Below, in pieces: positions 9,963 through 20,006 of a DNA stretch of 64,000 nucleotides. Source of the DNA: Promethearchaeota archaeon. GTDB taxonomy: Archaea > Asgardarchaeota > Lokiarchaeia > Sigyniarchaeales > SOKP01. Location of the stretch: assembly GCA_016840085.1 (NCBI GenBank), contig JAEOTA010000081.1, positions 1 through 64,000 of the forward strand, in the 5' to 3' direction. Under the pieces are notes generated by a model. It had not been told where the DNA came from. It made no database searches and saw only the letters and a program-made list of their open reading frames with translations. The translations under genes were made by a program, and so were the position numbers. Position 1 is the stretch's first letter, and every line of letters starts with the position of its first letter.

Positions 9963-12488
9963 ATGGTTGGAGGGTCGCCAATGAAAAAACAAAATATAAT
10001 ATCTCCCCCTTCTAAAACAAAATCTATTGGTGCTGTTGCATTTCTAGCGCTTGGTATAGCATTGGTACCTACTGGCTTTTTCATGCGTGATTTCATTCTA
10101 AATGAACTTGACAAAGGGATTGCTGATGAAATTAGTATACCTGGTCCACATGACTCAAATTATAATGAATTTATATCTAACAATTATACTGGTGCAGTTC
10201 CTATGCATAGAAAATTCTACATGTGGAATTTAACTAACCCTTCTGAATTCATTGAAGGAATTAAACCAGTATACGATGAAGTAGGCCCGTATATCTTTCG
10301 GGAATTCACAACCAAATATCATGTGAATTATAGTACTAATTTGGAAGAAGTCTCTTATAAACAATATTCAACCTATATTTTTGAACCCAGTTTGTCTGAT
10401 CCCTCATGTAATCTTGATGATGAAATTACAAATATAAATCCTGCTTATTTAGGAGTTCTAGAACAGGCAGGAAGCGAAGCAAATTTAATTAAGGTTATGT
10501 TTCCAACTATTCTTTCAGAAGTTAAAGGCTTGTTTGAACAAGAAATATCTATTACGCTTAATGAACTTTTAACCACTCAGGGAATTTATGATATGCTTGT
10601 TGGAACCTTAAATGATATGCTTGGGGAATTGTTTTCAGGTATCCTAGGTGAAGAAGCTATTAACATGACTGCAACATGGATAGTAGACTTTATTATTACC
10701 TATATAGTGCCCTTAGAAGACCTTGTTGAATTCATGGTAGATGCAATGCCAAGCGCTGAAGAAATTTTCTTTGCAGAATGGGCAACTGATTATTTCCCTG
10801 AAGTTCAGGTGGATGTATCAATATTGTTTAGCCACATTTTAGATGTTATAAATGATCTTGTTGATTTTATCGTCGACCTTATTTTCTTTTGGGATGTGTT
10901 ACACCTTTTTGATGCTATCAAGGAGGCCCTTAAGGAAGAACTAATGAATATGTTTGAGACAGTATTTACAGATTCTCCATTTGCAGAAGCAGTTGCGGAG
11001 CTCTTTGAGAATTTGATCCGAGCATTAGGAGCAGAAATGGTTGATGAAGAAGGTAGCGAGTCTGGAGTAGGAGTTGAAATTGATGGTCGGAACCCATATA
11101 ATTACCCTGGTCCACAAGCAGACTTAAACATAACTAATTATTATAAAAATGGAGAATCTGGGATAACTCAAGAACAATGTCAAGCTCTTTGGGATCCAAA
11201 CAACCCAAATTCGCTTCTAGGTATGGATGTAAGCGTAAATCCAATATGGTTTGAAGCACTTATAGGATATGAAGAAAGTCGATCTTTTATTATGGATACT
11301 TTTGGTCTTAATGAAATCCAATTAGATTTAATTTTAGGTTGGATAGATACCAGTTTAAATGGTTGGCTTAAAAATATATGTGAATATACAATAAAAGAAT
11401 GGAATAGTGAATTAATCACTTCAAGAACAGTTGAAGAGTGGCTCTTCACAGCTATAGACAACCTAGTGAATGAACAAGATCCAAACCAGGCAAAAGTTGG
11501 ATTTTTCGCTAATTGTATTTCAGAAGAAGAAGCTGAAGCGGAAGGTATGAAAAGTGTTACTGTAAATACAGGTAAAACTGATATTAGTAAAGTGTACGAG
11601 ATTACTAAATATGATGGTGAGTCCATTATTACCATGTGGCAAGAAGATGAACTTGTTCAAGGAACAGGGGGTACTCAGTTTTGCCCTGGAATTTCGAAAT
11701 CAGATAATCTTTTTGTTTTTGTCTCTGATTTATTAAGATCAGTAGAATTACTATACACAAATACGACTAGTAAATATAATATTGAATTACTAAGGTACGA
11801 ATTATCAGAAAATACATTTGGTACAAATACTAACTATTATCAGCCCATTAAAGGTTTGGCTAATGTTACTCTGATACAAGGAATACCTGTTTTTTTCAGT
11901 AAACCACATTTTCTTGATGGGGATAATTATTTAATAAACTCTATAAATGGATTAAACCCTAATAAATTACATCATGATACTTATCTTGATGTGGAACCAA
12001 TGACTGGTGCTGTTATGAATGCTGCTGAGAGATTTCAGATCAACCTTATGGTGAATAAAACAGATATCTGGTATTCGACTTGTAGGGAAGGTTTTATGCC
12101 TATTTTTTGGCTTGAATTTGGCGGACAAATTGATGAAGATTTAGCACAAGATTTCAAAAAATTGGTTTATGGCACCCAAAATTTGAGTAAGGGTTTGCAT
12201 CAAGGAATACTTGGAGTGGGAGCTCTCCTTGTTATCCCGGGTGTAATGTTTACAACAACCCAGAACCGGAAACGAATAAATACTAAAAAACAGAAGTTAA
12301 CATTAGGTGCTAAAACTCCTAAACTCCATAAGCAAGAGCCTCCCAAACTTCAAAATAGTGAACCTTCAATTTCTCCAAGCGATAAAAAACAAAATCTTTT
12401 AAGTAATGAAATACCCGATTCTTTAGATGAAAAATCGCCAATATCTTCTACTGAGGAGAAACCTGAGTTTCAAGATGGTAAAGGATAG
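9963..12488 (+). CDS. CD36/SR-BI/LIMP-2 family membrane protein with a large insertion
   Basis: Two terminal TM helices; FYMWNLTNP, EVGPYIFRE, GTGGTQF, PVFFSKPHFLDGD and HDTYLDVEPMTG...RFQINL motifs. Confidence 0.85.
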   Translation: MVGGSPMKKQNIISPPSKTKSIGAVAFLALGIALVPTGFFMRDFILNELDKGIADEISIPGPHDSNYNEFISNNYTGAVPMHRKFYMWNLTNPSEFIEGIKPVYDEVGPYIFREFTTKYHVNYSTNLEEVSYKQYSTYIFEPSLSDPSCNLDDEITNINPAYLGVLEQAGSEANLIKVMFPTILSEVKGLFEQEISITLNELLTTQGIYDMLVGTLNDMLGELFSGILGEEAINMTATWIVDFIITYIVPLEDLVEFMVDAMPSAEEIFFAEWATDYFPEVQVDVSILFSHILDVINDLVDFIVDLIFFWDVLHLFDAIKEALKEELMNMFETVFTDSPFAEAVAELFENLIRALGAEMVDEEGSESGVGVEIDGRNPYNYPGPQADLNITNYYKNGESGITQEQCQALWDPNNPNSLLGMDVSVNPIWFEALIGYEESRSFIMDTFGLNEIQLDLILGWIDTSLNGWLKNICEYTIKEWNSELITSRTVEEWLFTAIDNLVNEQDPNQAKVGFFANCISEEEAEAEGMKSVTVNTGKTDISKVYEITKYDGESIITMWQEDELVQGTGGTQFCPGISKSDNLFVFVSDLLRSVELLYTNTTSKYNIELLRYELSENTFGTNTNYYQPIKGLANVTLIQGIPVFFSKPHFLDGDNYLINSINGLNPNKLHHDTYLDVEPMTGAVMNAAERFQINLMVNKTDIWYSTCREGFMPIFWLEFGGQIDEDLAQDFKKLVYGTQNLSKGLHQGILGVGALLVIPGVMFTTTQNRKRINTKKQKLTLGAKTPKLHKQEPPKLQNSEPSISPSDKKQNLLSNEIPDSLDEKSPISSTEEKPEFQDGKG

Positions 12489-12530
12489 AACTAAATTCTA
12501 TTATTAATTATTTTAAGAAGGTGGTTTATC

Positions 12531-13232
12531 CTGAAAACTTACAAAAAAAAGAACTCTATTGATCACGAATATGAAATTATAGAATGTATTAAAGATAATC
12601 CTGGAGGAGTCACAATTTCAGATATAGTTACTCTTACAAAATTTTCAAGAAATACTGTTTCTAAATACGTTCTAAGTCTTGAACGCACAAATCAAATCTT
12701 CAGTAAGAAGGTGGGGGCTTATAAGTTACTTTTTGCGAAGAAGGAAAAATATATCCCCTTTGAAATGGCTATTTCGTATTATAAAGCTCTTTTATCGAAC
12801 TTTAAAAAATATATTCCGAATAGGGAAGAATTAGCACAAAAAATTGGAAGAGAGGCTGTAAAAGATATAAAATTTGCGTTTGGACCAACCACTCTTAAAC
12901 AATTGAAGGGCTTAAAAGGGCACCCTATCTCCCGAATATTTTTAGAAGGTTTTAAGAACTTTTACTCTGCTTATGACATATTCCAACCAAATATTGAAAT
13001 CACTATTTTAAAAATTGATCAAGAGGGAAAAAATGCAACTTATAGATTTAAAAATTCTATATTTTTAGAAAATAGTAATGATTTCATATACCACATTTAT
13101 ATCATGTGTGGAATTTCTGAAGGAATACTGAATCGAGCATTGAAAAGAGAAGTCTTATGTAAAGTTGACCAAATCTATATATCTGATAAAAAAGAAGAAT
13201 CTTTTTTCGATCTCATTATAAAATTAGAGTGA
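12531..13232 (+). CDS. Winged-HTH plus V4R/HNOB-like domain regulator (probable CTG start)
   Basis: Frame is open upstream of 12711 and encodes IKDNPGGVTISDIVTLTKFSRNTVSKYVLSL (HTH); SD AAGGTGG precedes CTG 12531. Confidence 0.7.
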   Translation: MKTYKKKNSIDHEYEIIECIKDNPGGVTISDIVTLTKFSRNTVSKYVLSLERTNQIFSKKVGAYKLLFAKKEKYIPFEMAISYYKALLSNFKKYIPNREELAQKIGREAVKDIKFAFGPTTLKQLKGLKGHPISRIFLEGFKNFYSAYDIFQPNIEITILKIDQEGKNATYRFKNSIFLENSNDFIYHIYIMCGISEGILNRALKREVLCKVDQIYISDKKEESFFDLIIKLE

Positions 13233-13928
13233 ATGTTAAATAAAATGAAAATTGTGGTATTTGCTCCTCATCCTGATGATGAAATTTATGGATGTGGTGG
13301 AAGCATCTTAAAATGGATGGAAGAAGGTCATGATGTTCATATCGTATATGTGACAGATAATAGAGCTTTTTTATGGTGGGGTAAAAAAGATAACGCTATT
13401 ATTGAGGAGGAAGCAAAAGATTATATTAACTTAACCGAAGATGAATTAGGTAAAATAGGATTACAAGAAGCAAAAGAAGTTGCTAAAGCATTTGGCTTTC
13501 CAGATAAAAATGTTCATTTATTTAAGTTTCATGATCAAGGTGCTTCAGAAAAAATCGATGTAGGCATTGAACTTTCTAAAGATATTATTAAAGATGCTGA
13601 GAGAATTGTTTTACCAAGTAATAATAATAATCATGCAGATCATCAAGCAACACATACAATTGTGAAAGAAACTGCGAAAGAATTAAATTTAAAAGGTACA
13701 GAATTTTACGTATATGGCATATACAACGTAATAAAAGTACCAAAAGAGAAACAAATTAAAATAAGAATTAGTAAATATCAAGATAAAATCTATGAATTAA
13801 TGAAAGGTTATAAAACGCAATTGTGCTTAAAGGATTCAAGGTTAGGTTGGCAAACTTTTAAATTTAAAAGAGCTGAGCGATTTGCAATATTCAAGTTAGA
13901 TGATGCTGGGAAATTTTATAATTTTTAA
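13233..13928 (+). CDS. PIG-L/LmbE family deacetylase
   Basis: APHPDDEIYGCGG and HADH motifs. Confidence 0.9.
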   Translation: MLNKMKIVVFAPHPDDEIYGCGGSILKWMEEGHDVHIVYVTDNRAFLWWGKKDNAIIEEEAKDYINLTEDELGKIGLQEAKEVAKAFGFPDKNVHLFKFHDQGASEKIDVGIELSKDIIKDAERIVLPSNNNNHADHQATHTIVKETAKELNLKGTEFYVYGIYNVIKVPKEKQIKIRISKYQDKIYELMKGYKTQLCLKDSRLGWQTFKFKRAERFAIFKLDDAGKFYNF

Positions 13929-13947
13929 CTAAAAGAAAAAAGAAAAT

Positions 13948-14637
13948 TTATTCAATTTTTGCTCCACAATTAGGGCAGATCTTTTTATTCCCTGCTATTT
14001 CAGCTCCACAGGCAAAACAAATCATTATTTTTCTATCTTCTGGTTGATCAAATTCAAATCTATCTTGATTTGATGAAGAATTTTGTCTAGGTATCTGTTC
14101 TTGTTTTTGTGTTGAGATTTCTGATTTTTCTATTTGACTAAGACGTTCTTGTACAAAATCTTTATCATGAGGGGTAATAATTTTAAAACCATCTGAAGCT
14201 TTAACTTCTTTAAATCCATCAGGTATATTCTTAAATTCTGAATCTTCAATAACTTTCATGTTATTAAGATCAACATTTTCTTCTGGTTTTTTTATTTGAA
14301 CTTCCCCCTCATCAGAAATAGTACTTTTATCTTGGTGCATTTCATAACTAGAAAGTTCAGGTCTTAATTCTTCTTGAGCTTCAATTTCTTCTCTAAATAC
14401 TTCTTCTTTTGATTTATCCCCTTTTAATTGTTTAATATGCTCAAAAATTCCCTTTGTCCTATTAATAAGCATATTTTTAAAAGAAGCTTTTAAATTCCTT
14501 GATTTTGAGAAATTAAGAGTCATTTCAGATATTTCCAGCCACAATTTAATTGCAGCTTCAATCTCCTTACGGTTTTCTAAACTTTTTGCCATTGCAACTT
14601 TTTTTCCTAATTCTTTATTAAATTTTGTAATATCCAT
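13948..14637 (-). CDS. Protein with an N-terminal MIT-like helical bundle and a C-terminal zinc ribbon
   Basis: AMAKSLE...AAIKLW helix pattern; CFACG...CPNCG. Confidence 0.6.
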   Translation of the reverse strand: MDITKFNKELGKKVAMAKSLENRKEIEAAIKLWLEISEMTLNFSKSRNLKASFKNMLINRTKGIFEHIKQLKGDKSKEEVFREEIEAQEELRPELSSYEMHQDKSTISDEGEVQIKKPEENVDLNNMKVIEDSEFKNIPDGFKEVKASDGFKIITPHDKDFVQERLSQIEKSEISTQKQEQIPRQNSSSNQDRFEFDQPEDRKIMICFACGAEIAGNKKICPNCGAKIE

Positions 14638-14807
14638 TAATGACTCAATTCATTCTTCTGTAAAATCCAAGATAAACAAATAAATGCTGACTATTAAATA
14701 TTTATTAGAGTTTGACCTAAAAATTAAAATGTCCAAACTCTACTATTTTTTTAAGAGTACATAAGAATATTATCTCTGACATTATAAATTATCTAAAGAA
14801 AGCTAAT

Positions 14808-16697
14808 ATGTCGCTAAACCCATTTTCGTCAAATGAGATAACAACATTAAGAAAATTTATCGAACAAAATGGTTGGAAAATAAAGGGGGTTATTGAGAAT
14901 TACTTTCGATATAGTTTAAAAAAGGAGAAAATAGTTATACTCACAATAAAGTTTCCCGTATTACTTCCTGTTAGAATTAATATCCCATTTGAAGTTGTGA
15001 GTTTTCGAGTTGCTTTAGCTTTTCAGATATGGAATTTAGATCAAAATAATTACAACAATATACTCTATTTTATGAAAACTCTAAGAAATTTAGCTTTATC
15101 TTTAGATCTTGAACATAATTTTCCAATTCAAGGAAAAGAACAGAACTTAATTAACTTACTAAACTTATTAATGCCAGAACTTATAAAAGATGAAAATGAG
15201 AGTACTTGGCTAAACCGGATCAGGATTTCGTTAATGAATAAAAGAGACAAGTTAAGTGAATTTTCATCTGATAATCTTGAAAGAATAGTCGAATCAATTA
15301 AAAGAACAGGATTAGAACCAAGTTTTAAAGTGCCCTGGGAATTGAAACAAGGTGTTCCTAAAATTAGAACCTCTGAAACACTCCTTTTTTCAAATAATGA
15401 TAATAATGAAGAATTTTTCATTCTAGAGAAAGGATATTTTACATATTTCAAAGATTTTGAATATCAGAAATTGTATATCAGAAGTTTCTTTGACACATAT
15501 TCTCCATATCTCTTAAATGAGTTATTTAATGATGTTCCAGATTTTAAGTTAGAATTGTTAATTGAAAATTGGATAAAATTTTCAAAAATAATCTTAAAAT
15601 CTATAATAGAAATTATTGAAAATGGAAAAATCAACTTAAATGAATTTATTAACTTTAGGTTAACAAAAGAATTAAGCTTCTATAGTAAAAACTTTATCTT
15701 AAACAAAAATAATTTTCCTTATTCAGCACTATGTTATGAGAGTTCTATTGCCAAAGAAACTTTTTCTATTCATAATGATCTTTTTAATAAGCCACCGACT
15801 AATTTTGAAGTTATTGAATCTATTAATGAATATACTAATGCTGAAGAACTGATAAATAATTATCGATTTGAAGAAGCTACTAATTTATTAAATGATGCGC
15901 TCAAAGTTTTTAATAAGAATCAACAAAAAAAAGTGGTCGTATCAATTCTTCTGAAATTAAGCAAAATTGCGACACTCTTAAATAGTGAAGAAATTGCCAT
16001 AAATTACCTAGAAAATGCTCTTGGAATAGCTAAATCAGGAGAAGTTCCTATAGAATTTATCATTAGAATACATTATAAATTAGGCAAATCTTATTTTAAA
16101 AGAAAAGAATTTGAGAATGCATTAAATCATTTTAATATAATTATAAACTTTTTAGAAAATGAGAAAATTCCATTCAAAAAAGAAGAATATTTAGGATTAG
16201 CTTATCTTTATAATGGATTAATCGTTCTAGAACAAAATAAAATTGTTGAAGCGAAAAATAATTTCAAAAAAACAGTCCAAATAGGAAATAACTCAATCAA
16301 AACAAGATTAAAATATTTTCTCCTTCGTGCTAAATATTTTAAGAACCAAGGTAACTTATCACAAACTCAAAAATTTTTAAGATTTGGAATAAATTCCATT
16401 GGACTCGAGTTCAATAATGAGCCTTATAAAAATGTTTTAATCGACCTAATTCTTGAATTGGCAGAATTTTATATCCATTATAGAAAAGACTCGAAAAAAG
16501 CAATATATCTCTTAAAAAGTGTAGAAAATCACTTTTTTCCAAAAGATATAAGCGACATGCGTAGAGCTATACGTTGGAATTTATTAATGAGTGATTATTA
16601 TAACTCAGTGATAGAAGATCGTAAAAATTCTCAATTCTACTTAAAACAAAGTCAAAAATTAAAAATTCAACTTCAAACAATAGGAGTAAGTGAATAA
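14808..16697 (+). CDS. TPR-repeat protein
   Basis: C-terminal TPR-like repeats such as YKLGKSYF...ALNHF. Confidence 0.7.
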   Translation: MSLNPFSSNEITTLRKFIEQNGWKIKGVIENYFRYSLKKEKIVILTIKFPVLLPVRINIPFEVVSFRVALAFQIWNLDQNNYNNILYFMKTLRNLALSLDLEHNFPIQGKEQNLINLLNLLMPELIKDENESTWLNRIRISLMNKRDKLSEFSSDNLERIVESIKRTGLEPSFKVPWELKQGVPKIRTSETLLFSNNDNNEEFFILEKGYFTYFKDFEYQKLYIRSFFDTYSPYLLNELFNDVPDFKLELLIENWIKFSKIILKSIIEIIENGKINLNEFINFRLTKELSFYSKNFILNKNNFPYSALCYESSIAKETFSIHNDLFNKPPTNFEVIESINEYTNAEELINNYRFEEATNLLNDALKVFNKNQQKKVVVSILLKLSKIATLLNSEEIAINYLENALGIAKSGEVPIEFIIRIHYKLGKSYFKRKEFENALNHFNIIINFLENEKIPFKKEEYLGLAYLYNGLIVLEQNKIVEAKNNFKKTVQIGNNSIKTRLKYFLLRAKYFKNQGNLSQTQKFLRFGINSIGLEFNNEPYKNVLIDLILELAEFYIHYRKDSKKAIYLLKSVENHFFPKDISDMRRAIRWNLLMSDYYNSVIEDRKNSQFYLKQSQKLKIQLQTIGVSE

Positions 16698-16712
16698 AAA
16701 GATAGCTATTAA

Positions 16713-16922
16713 TTATTTTTTTCTCGAATATTGGGATCTTTTAGCTCCAAGACTATCTTGCTGTCCTCCAAAACGACCGTTAACAATTCTAGCTACATAT
16801 AATTCTCTAAATCGTGTTCGTGGAGGCTTTTTCTTTTGAGCATTAACTCCTGTCCTTTCAATTTTAGGAGTCTGCATCTTAACTTTTCCCGCTTTGGTTA
16901 ATGAACCATGTGAACCAGGCAT
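16713..16922 (-). CDS. rps30e: Ribosomal protein S30e (eS30)
   Basis: SHGSLTKAGKVKMQTPKI signature. Confidence 0.95.
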   Translation of the reverse strand: MPGSHGSLTKAGKVKMQTPKIERTGVNAQKKKPPRTRFRELYVARIVNGRFGGQQDSLGAKRSQYSRKK

Positions 16923-17094
16923 TTTTTTTTAATCTCTTAAATTTTATAATCAAATACTTTTTATAATTATACAAATAATTTCAAATTCTTAAATTTTATT
17001 ATCTTATTCTCATCTTAAAGATTGGACTCCAATTTTTTATTAAATTTATAATTTTTTCATTAAATTATATTGAATATCAAATCGCTTAAAAAAA

Positions 17095-17253
17095 ATGTCT
17101 GATAAAAATTCGAATAAAGAGGAAATTAATAACTCTGAGCAAGAAGAAGCAAAAATACTGTATGGAATTAACAATAAAGTCTGTTTTGCCTGTGGTCAGA
17201 AATTAGATAATGATTCAGAAGTCTGTCCTTATTGCAATACTCCTATTAAATAA
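17095..17253 (+). CDS. 52-aa zinc-ribbon protein (not in ORF track)
   Basis: MSDKNSNKEEINNSEQEEAKILYGINNKVCFACGQKLDNDSEVCPYCNTPIK*. Confidence 0.7.
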   Translation: MSDKNSNKEEINNSEQEEAKILYGINNKVCFACGQKLDNDSEVCPYCNTPIK

Positions 17254-17848
17254 TTTTTTTAAGAGTTATAACTGTTTTTTTCATTTTTTTCTTAGATTTA
17301 AATACAAAAGATAATAGTACCCAGAGAACTGAATAAATGAGAACATTTCTAATGTATATTAATATATCTTCATTATAATAAGCTAATTTTAGAAAATATA
17401 CCAAAAATAACCATATTATATTCAATGGAATAACATATAAAGCAAACTTTTGAGAAAGAGTTTCCTTTTTTCTCCAAATTAAATAAATATCAACTACTAG
17501 AGGAGTTATATGAATATAATCGTAATAGATATACAATATAAAAAATTCATAAATAACAATCATTCCTACAGGTATAATTGAATAAATTAAGAAATTGTTA
17601 ATATAGGGATTCTTGCGATAAAACAGCCATGCAATTGAAAATGAAAAATACCATTGACTAATTGTAAAAATGATTACATTTGCCCCAGGTGTTCCATGTT
17701 GCTTGGGCCCATAAAGAAAAGTATCAAGAGGCTGCCAAGAAAAAGGTAATAAGAATTGGAAAATTAAAGATATTATAGCAGCAATAATTAATTGGATAAC
17801 AGTAATAGTTCGTAGATTTAAGTTTGAAATTTTATTAACTTCTTTCAT
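17246..17848 (-). CDS. Multi-pass membrane protein
   Basis: Several hydrophobic segments. Confidence 0.7.
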   Translation of the reverse strand: MKEVNKISNLNLRTITVIQLIIAAIISLIFQFLLPFSWQPLDTFLYGPKQHGTPGANVIIFTISQWYFSFSIAWLFYRKNPYINNFLIYSIIPVGMIVIYEFFILYIYYDYIHITPLVVDIYLIWRKKETLSQKFALYVIPLNIIWLFLVYFLKLAYYNEDILIYIRNVLIYSVLWVLLSFVFKSKKKMKKTVITLKKII

Positions 17849-17939
17849 ATGTTTTGTATATAATTTTACACGATAAATAATAAATCCTAAAATGATTGAA
17901 TCTTTTTTACCCTTATATATTAAAATGGTGAATTAAACA

Positions 17940-18560
17940 ATTTCAGAAAAAGAAAAAGAAATTTTTAACAAAACTAAAGGTCAACGAAAGTCAATTTACC
18001 TTTCCAAACCAAGAATTCCCCCCTTAGAGGAATCAAAATGGGATGATGATGCTCGCAATTTAATTGAGGGATGGCGAAAGTTGAATAATACTACTGGTGT
18101 TCTTAATATTTTAGCTACAATGGCGAACTATTCGAAATTGTATAATCGGTGGCGTGTTTTTGGCAATCATGTTTTATATAAATCCTCACTTCCTATTAGA
18201 GAAAAAGAAATGCTTATTTTACGTACAGGATGGCTCTGTAATTCGAAGTATGAATGGGCTCAACACACATTTATTGCGAAGAGAGCCGGTCTCAGTGAAG
18301 AGGAAATATTACGAATTAAGGAAGGTCCTGATGCTGAAGGTTGGAGCTCTTTCGAATCAACATTACTTCGAACTGCAGATGAATTGTATGTTGATTCTTT
18401 CATAAGCGATTCTACATGGGAAGAGCTTGCTAAAACCTATAATACTCAACAACTAATGGATGTAGTTTTTACTGTTGGACAATATAATTTAACCGCAATG
18501 GCACTCAATTCTCTCGGTATTCAACTTGAAAAGGGTATGGAAGACTTTCCGGAGTTTTGA
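17940..18560 (+). CDS. Carboxymuconolactone decarboxylase (CMD/AhpD-like) family protein, probable ATT start
   Basis: Upstream in-frame PRIPPLEE; REKEMLILRT...YEWAQH motif; SD GGTGA about 8 nt before ATT 17940, TAA at 17934. Confidence 0.8.
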   Translation: MSEKEKEIFNKTKGQRKSIYLSKPRIPPLEESKWDDDARNLIEGWRKLNNTTGVLNILATMANYSKLYNRWRVFGNHVLYKSSLPIREKEMLILRTGWLCNSKYEWAQHTFIAKRAGLSEEEILRIKEGPDAEGWSSFESTLLRTADELYVDSFISDSTWEELAKTYNTQQLMDVVFTVGQYNLTAMALNSLGIQLEKGMEDFPEF

Positions 18561-18619
18561 ATTTTTAAACCTAATTAATAATTATTTTTCCTTTTACTCA
18601 TTAATTAACCTCAAATATT

Positions 18620-19114
18620 ATGTTTAAAAGAGATTTAACGTCAAAAAGAATTGGTGAAATAATCGAAAATAATGTAAGATTAATAGAAAACAATAAAATA
18701 AAATCAGGAGATATCGTCTATTGCACAAGTATTTGCGAGGATGTAATATTTGTTGAGGGACCAGAAGATAAGTTTTTTAAAGATTATCACAATTTAAAGA
18801 AATATGAGAGATATCCACCTTTTCCGGGAGATATTATTTATAGAACCATTGATGGAAAAGTTGGGAAGTGTGGGGTAGCAGAGATTGTAAAGATCTCAAG
18901 CGGGTCCTGCTTTACTGAGTTTAAAGTTAATGGCAAGAATAAAAAAAGTCGCCAGCGTGTAGAATACTTAGAATATTTAGCTCGTTCGTATGGATTTAAA
19001 GTAGAAAAAAATAAGGTGAAAAAGGGATATTTGTTAAAATTTTTTGGAGATTTACAAGAAGAAGTTGATGATTTTGTCTCGCTTTGTTGTCAAAATGATT
19101 ATATTTTATGGTAA
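18620..19114 (+). CDS. Hypothetical protein
   Basis: ORF track. Confidence 0.6.
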   Translation: MFKRDLTSKRIGEIIENNVRLIENNKIKSGDIVYCTSICEDVIFVEGPEDKFFKDYHNLKKYERYPPFPGDIIYRTIDGKVGKCGVAEIVKISSGSCFTEFKVNGKNKKSRQRVEYLEYLARSYGFKVEKNKVKKGYLLKFFGDLQEEVDDFVSLCCQNDYILW

Positions 19115-19260
19115 AGAAACAAAGAATTTTTGAATTCTTCAATCTTTATAAATGGAGTTATTGACATAAAGATATAATTTAAAGATAATTCTATGGTTTC
19201 AAAAAGGGAAATCAAAAAAATATAAATTTTACAAATTCTTTTGTGATTTAAATAACGTAA

Positions 19261-19424
19261 GGGGACTTAGTGTAGTTTTTTTAGCAATATCGCTTAAAAT
19301 GCACAACCCGGTAGCACGACAGGCTCCAGATCCTATATGCAAACTTGTTCGTGCAGACACCTGTTAATCGGGGGTTCAAAAGCAAGCAAGATTTTCTTGT
19401 TTTCGGAAACTCCCTCAGTCCCCA
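19261..19424 (+). tRNA. tRNA-Trp(CCA) with three introns: 15/16 (19276-19306), 37/38 (19330-19358), 59/60 (19381-19410)
   Basis: Removing the inserts gives a 74-nt cloverleaf: GGGGACT/AGTCCCC acceptor, GTGT/GCAC D stem, ACAGG-CTCCAGA-CCTGT anticodon arm, GGGGG-TTCAAAT-CCCTC T arm. Confidence 0.9.
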
Positions 19425-19672
19425 CTTTTTTGAATACTTCTAACAATCATATTTAGATTTATAAATTAGACTTCTAACTAAATAAAAAATGTAAATTTAA
19501 TATTTATATTAAAATAAATTTTCCCTTTATCTTTTAAATGTAATCTAATACACCAAAATCTTTCTTTTTTGTAATTAAATATAAGTTTTTTCTTATAAAA
19601 TTTAATAGTTCAATTAATTTAGGCGGAATTTCTTCTATAAATCGTGGAATTATTAATCCGAGGTGAAATTGT

Positions 19673-19873
19673 ATAATAAGTTGGAAATTATTTAAGGAAA
19701 CATATAAATATGTTTGTGGTAAATGTGGGTATTTTCAATGGGAGAATAGAACTATTTGTGAAGGATGTGGGAGTAGTAATACCCTTAGGAAAGTCAACAA
19801 AAAAGATTGGAAAAAGACTCAAATGCATGAAGAAATAAAAAAGATTGATCGTTTTGAAGAGTTATTTCGATAA
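19673..19873 (+). CDS. Small CxxC-CxxC zinc-finger protein, probable ATA start (not in ORF track)
   Basis: IISWKLFKETYKYVCGKCGYFQWENRTICEGCGSSNTLRK...; SD GAGGTGA; no in-frame ATG/GTG/TTG before the zinc finger. Confidence 0.6.
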   Translation: MISWKLFKETYKYVCGKCGYFQWENRTICEGCGSSNTLRKVNKKDWKKTQMHEEIKKIDRFEELFR

Positions 19874-20006
19874 GACATTAAATTACTTAGAATTAGCTTT
19901 ACTTTCACTTTTTCGAAATCAAACTGATTGAGCAGTTCACCCTCAGCCCCCATTTACTCAAATAATATTTAAAATAATTAATAAGACTAATTATTAAATG
20001 GACGAA

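Noticed and set aside
16713-16922. Ubiquitin-like fusion to S30e as in eukaryotic FAU
   Set aside because: The gene starts at MPGSHGSL with no upstream ubiquitin-like frame
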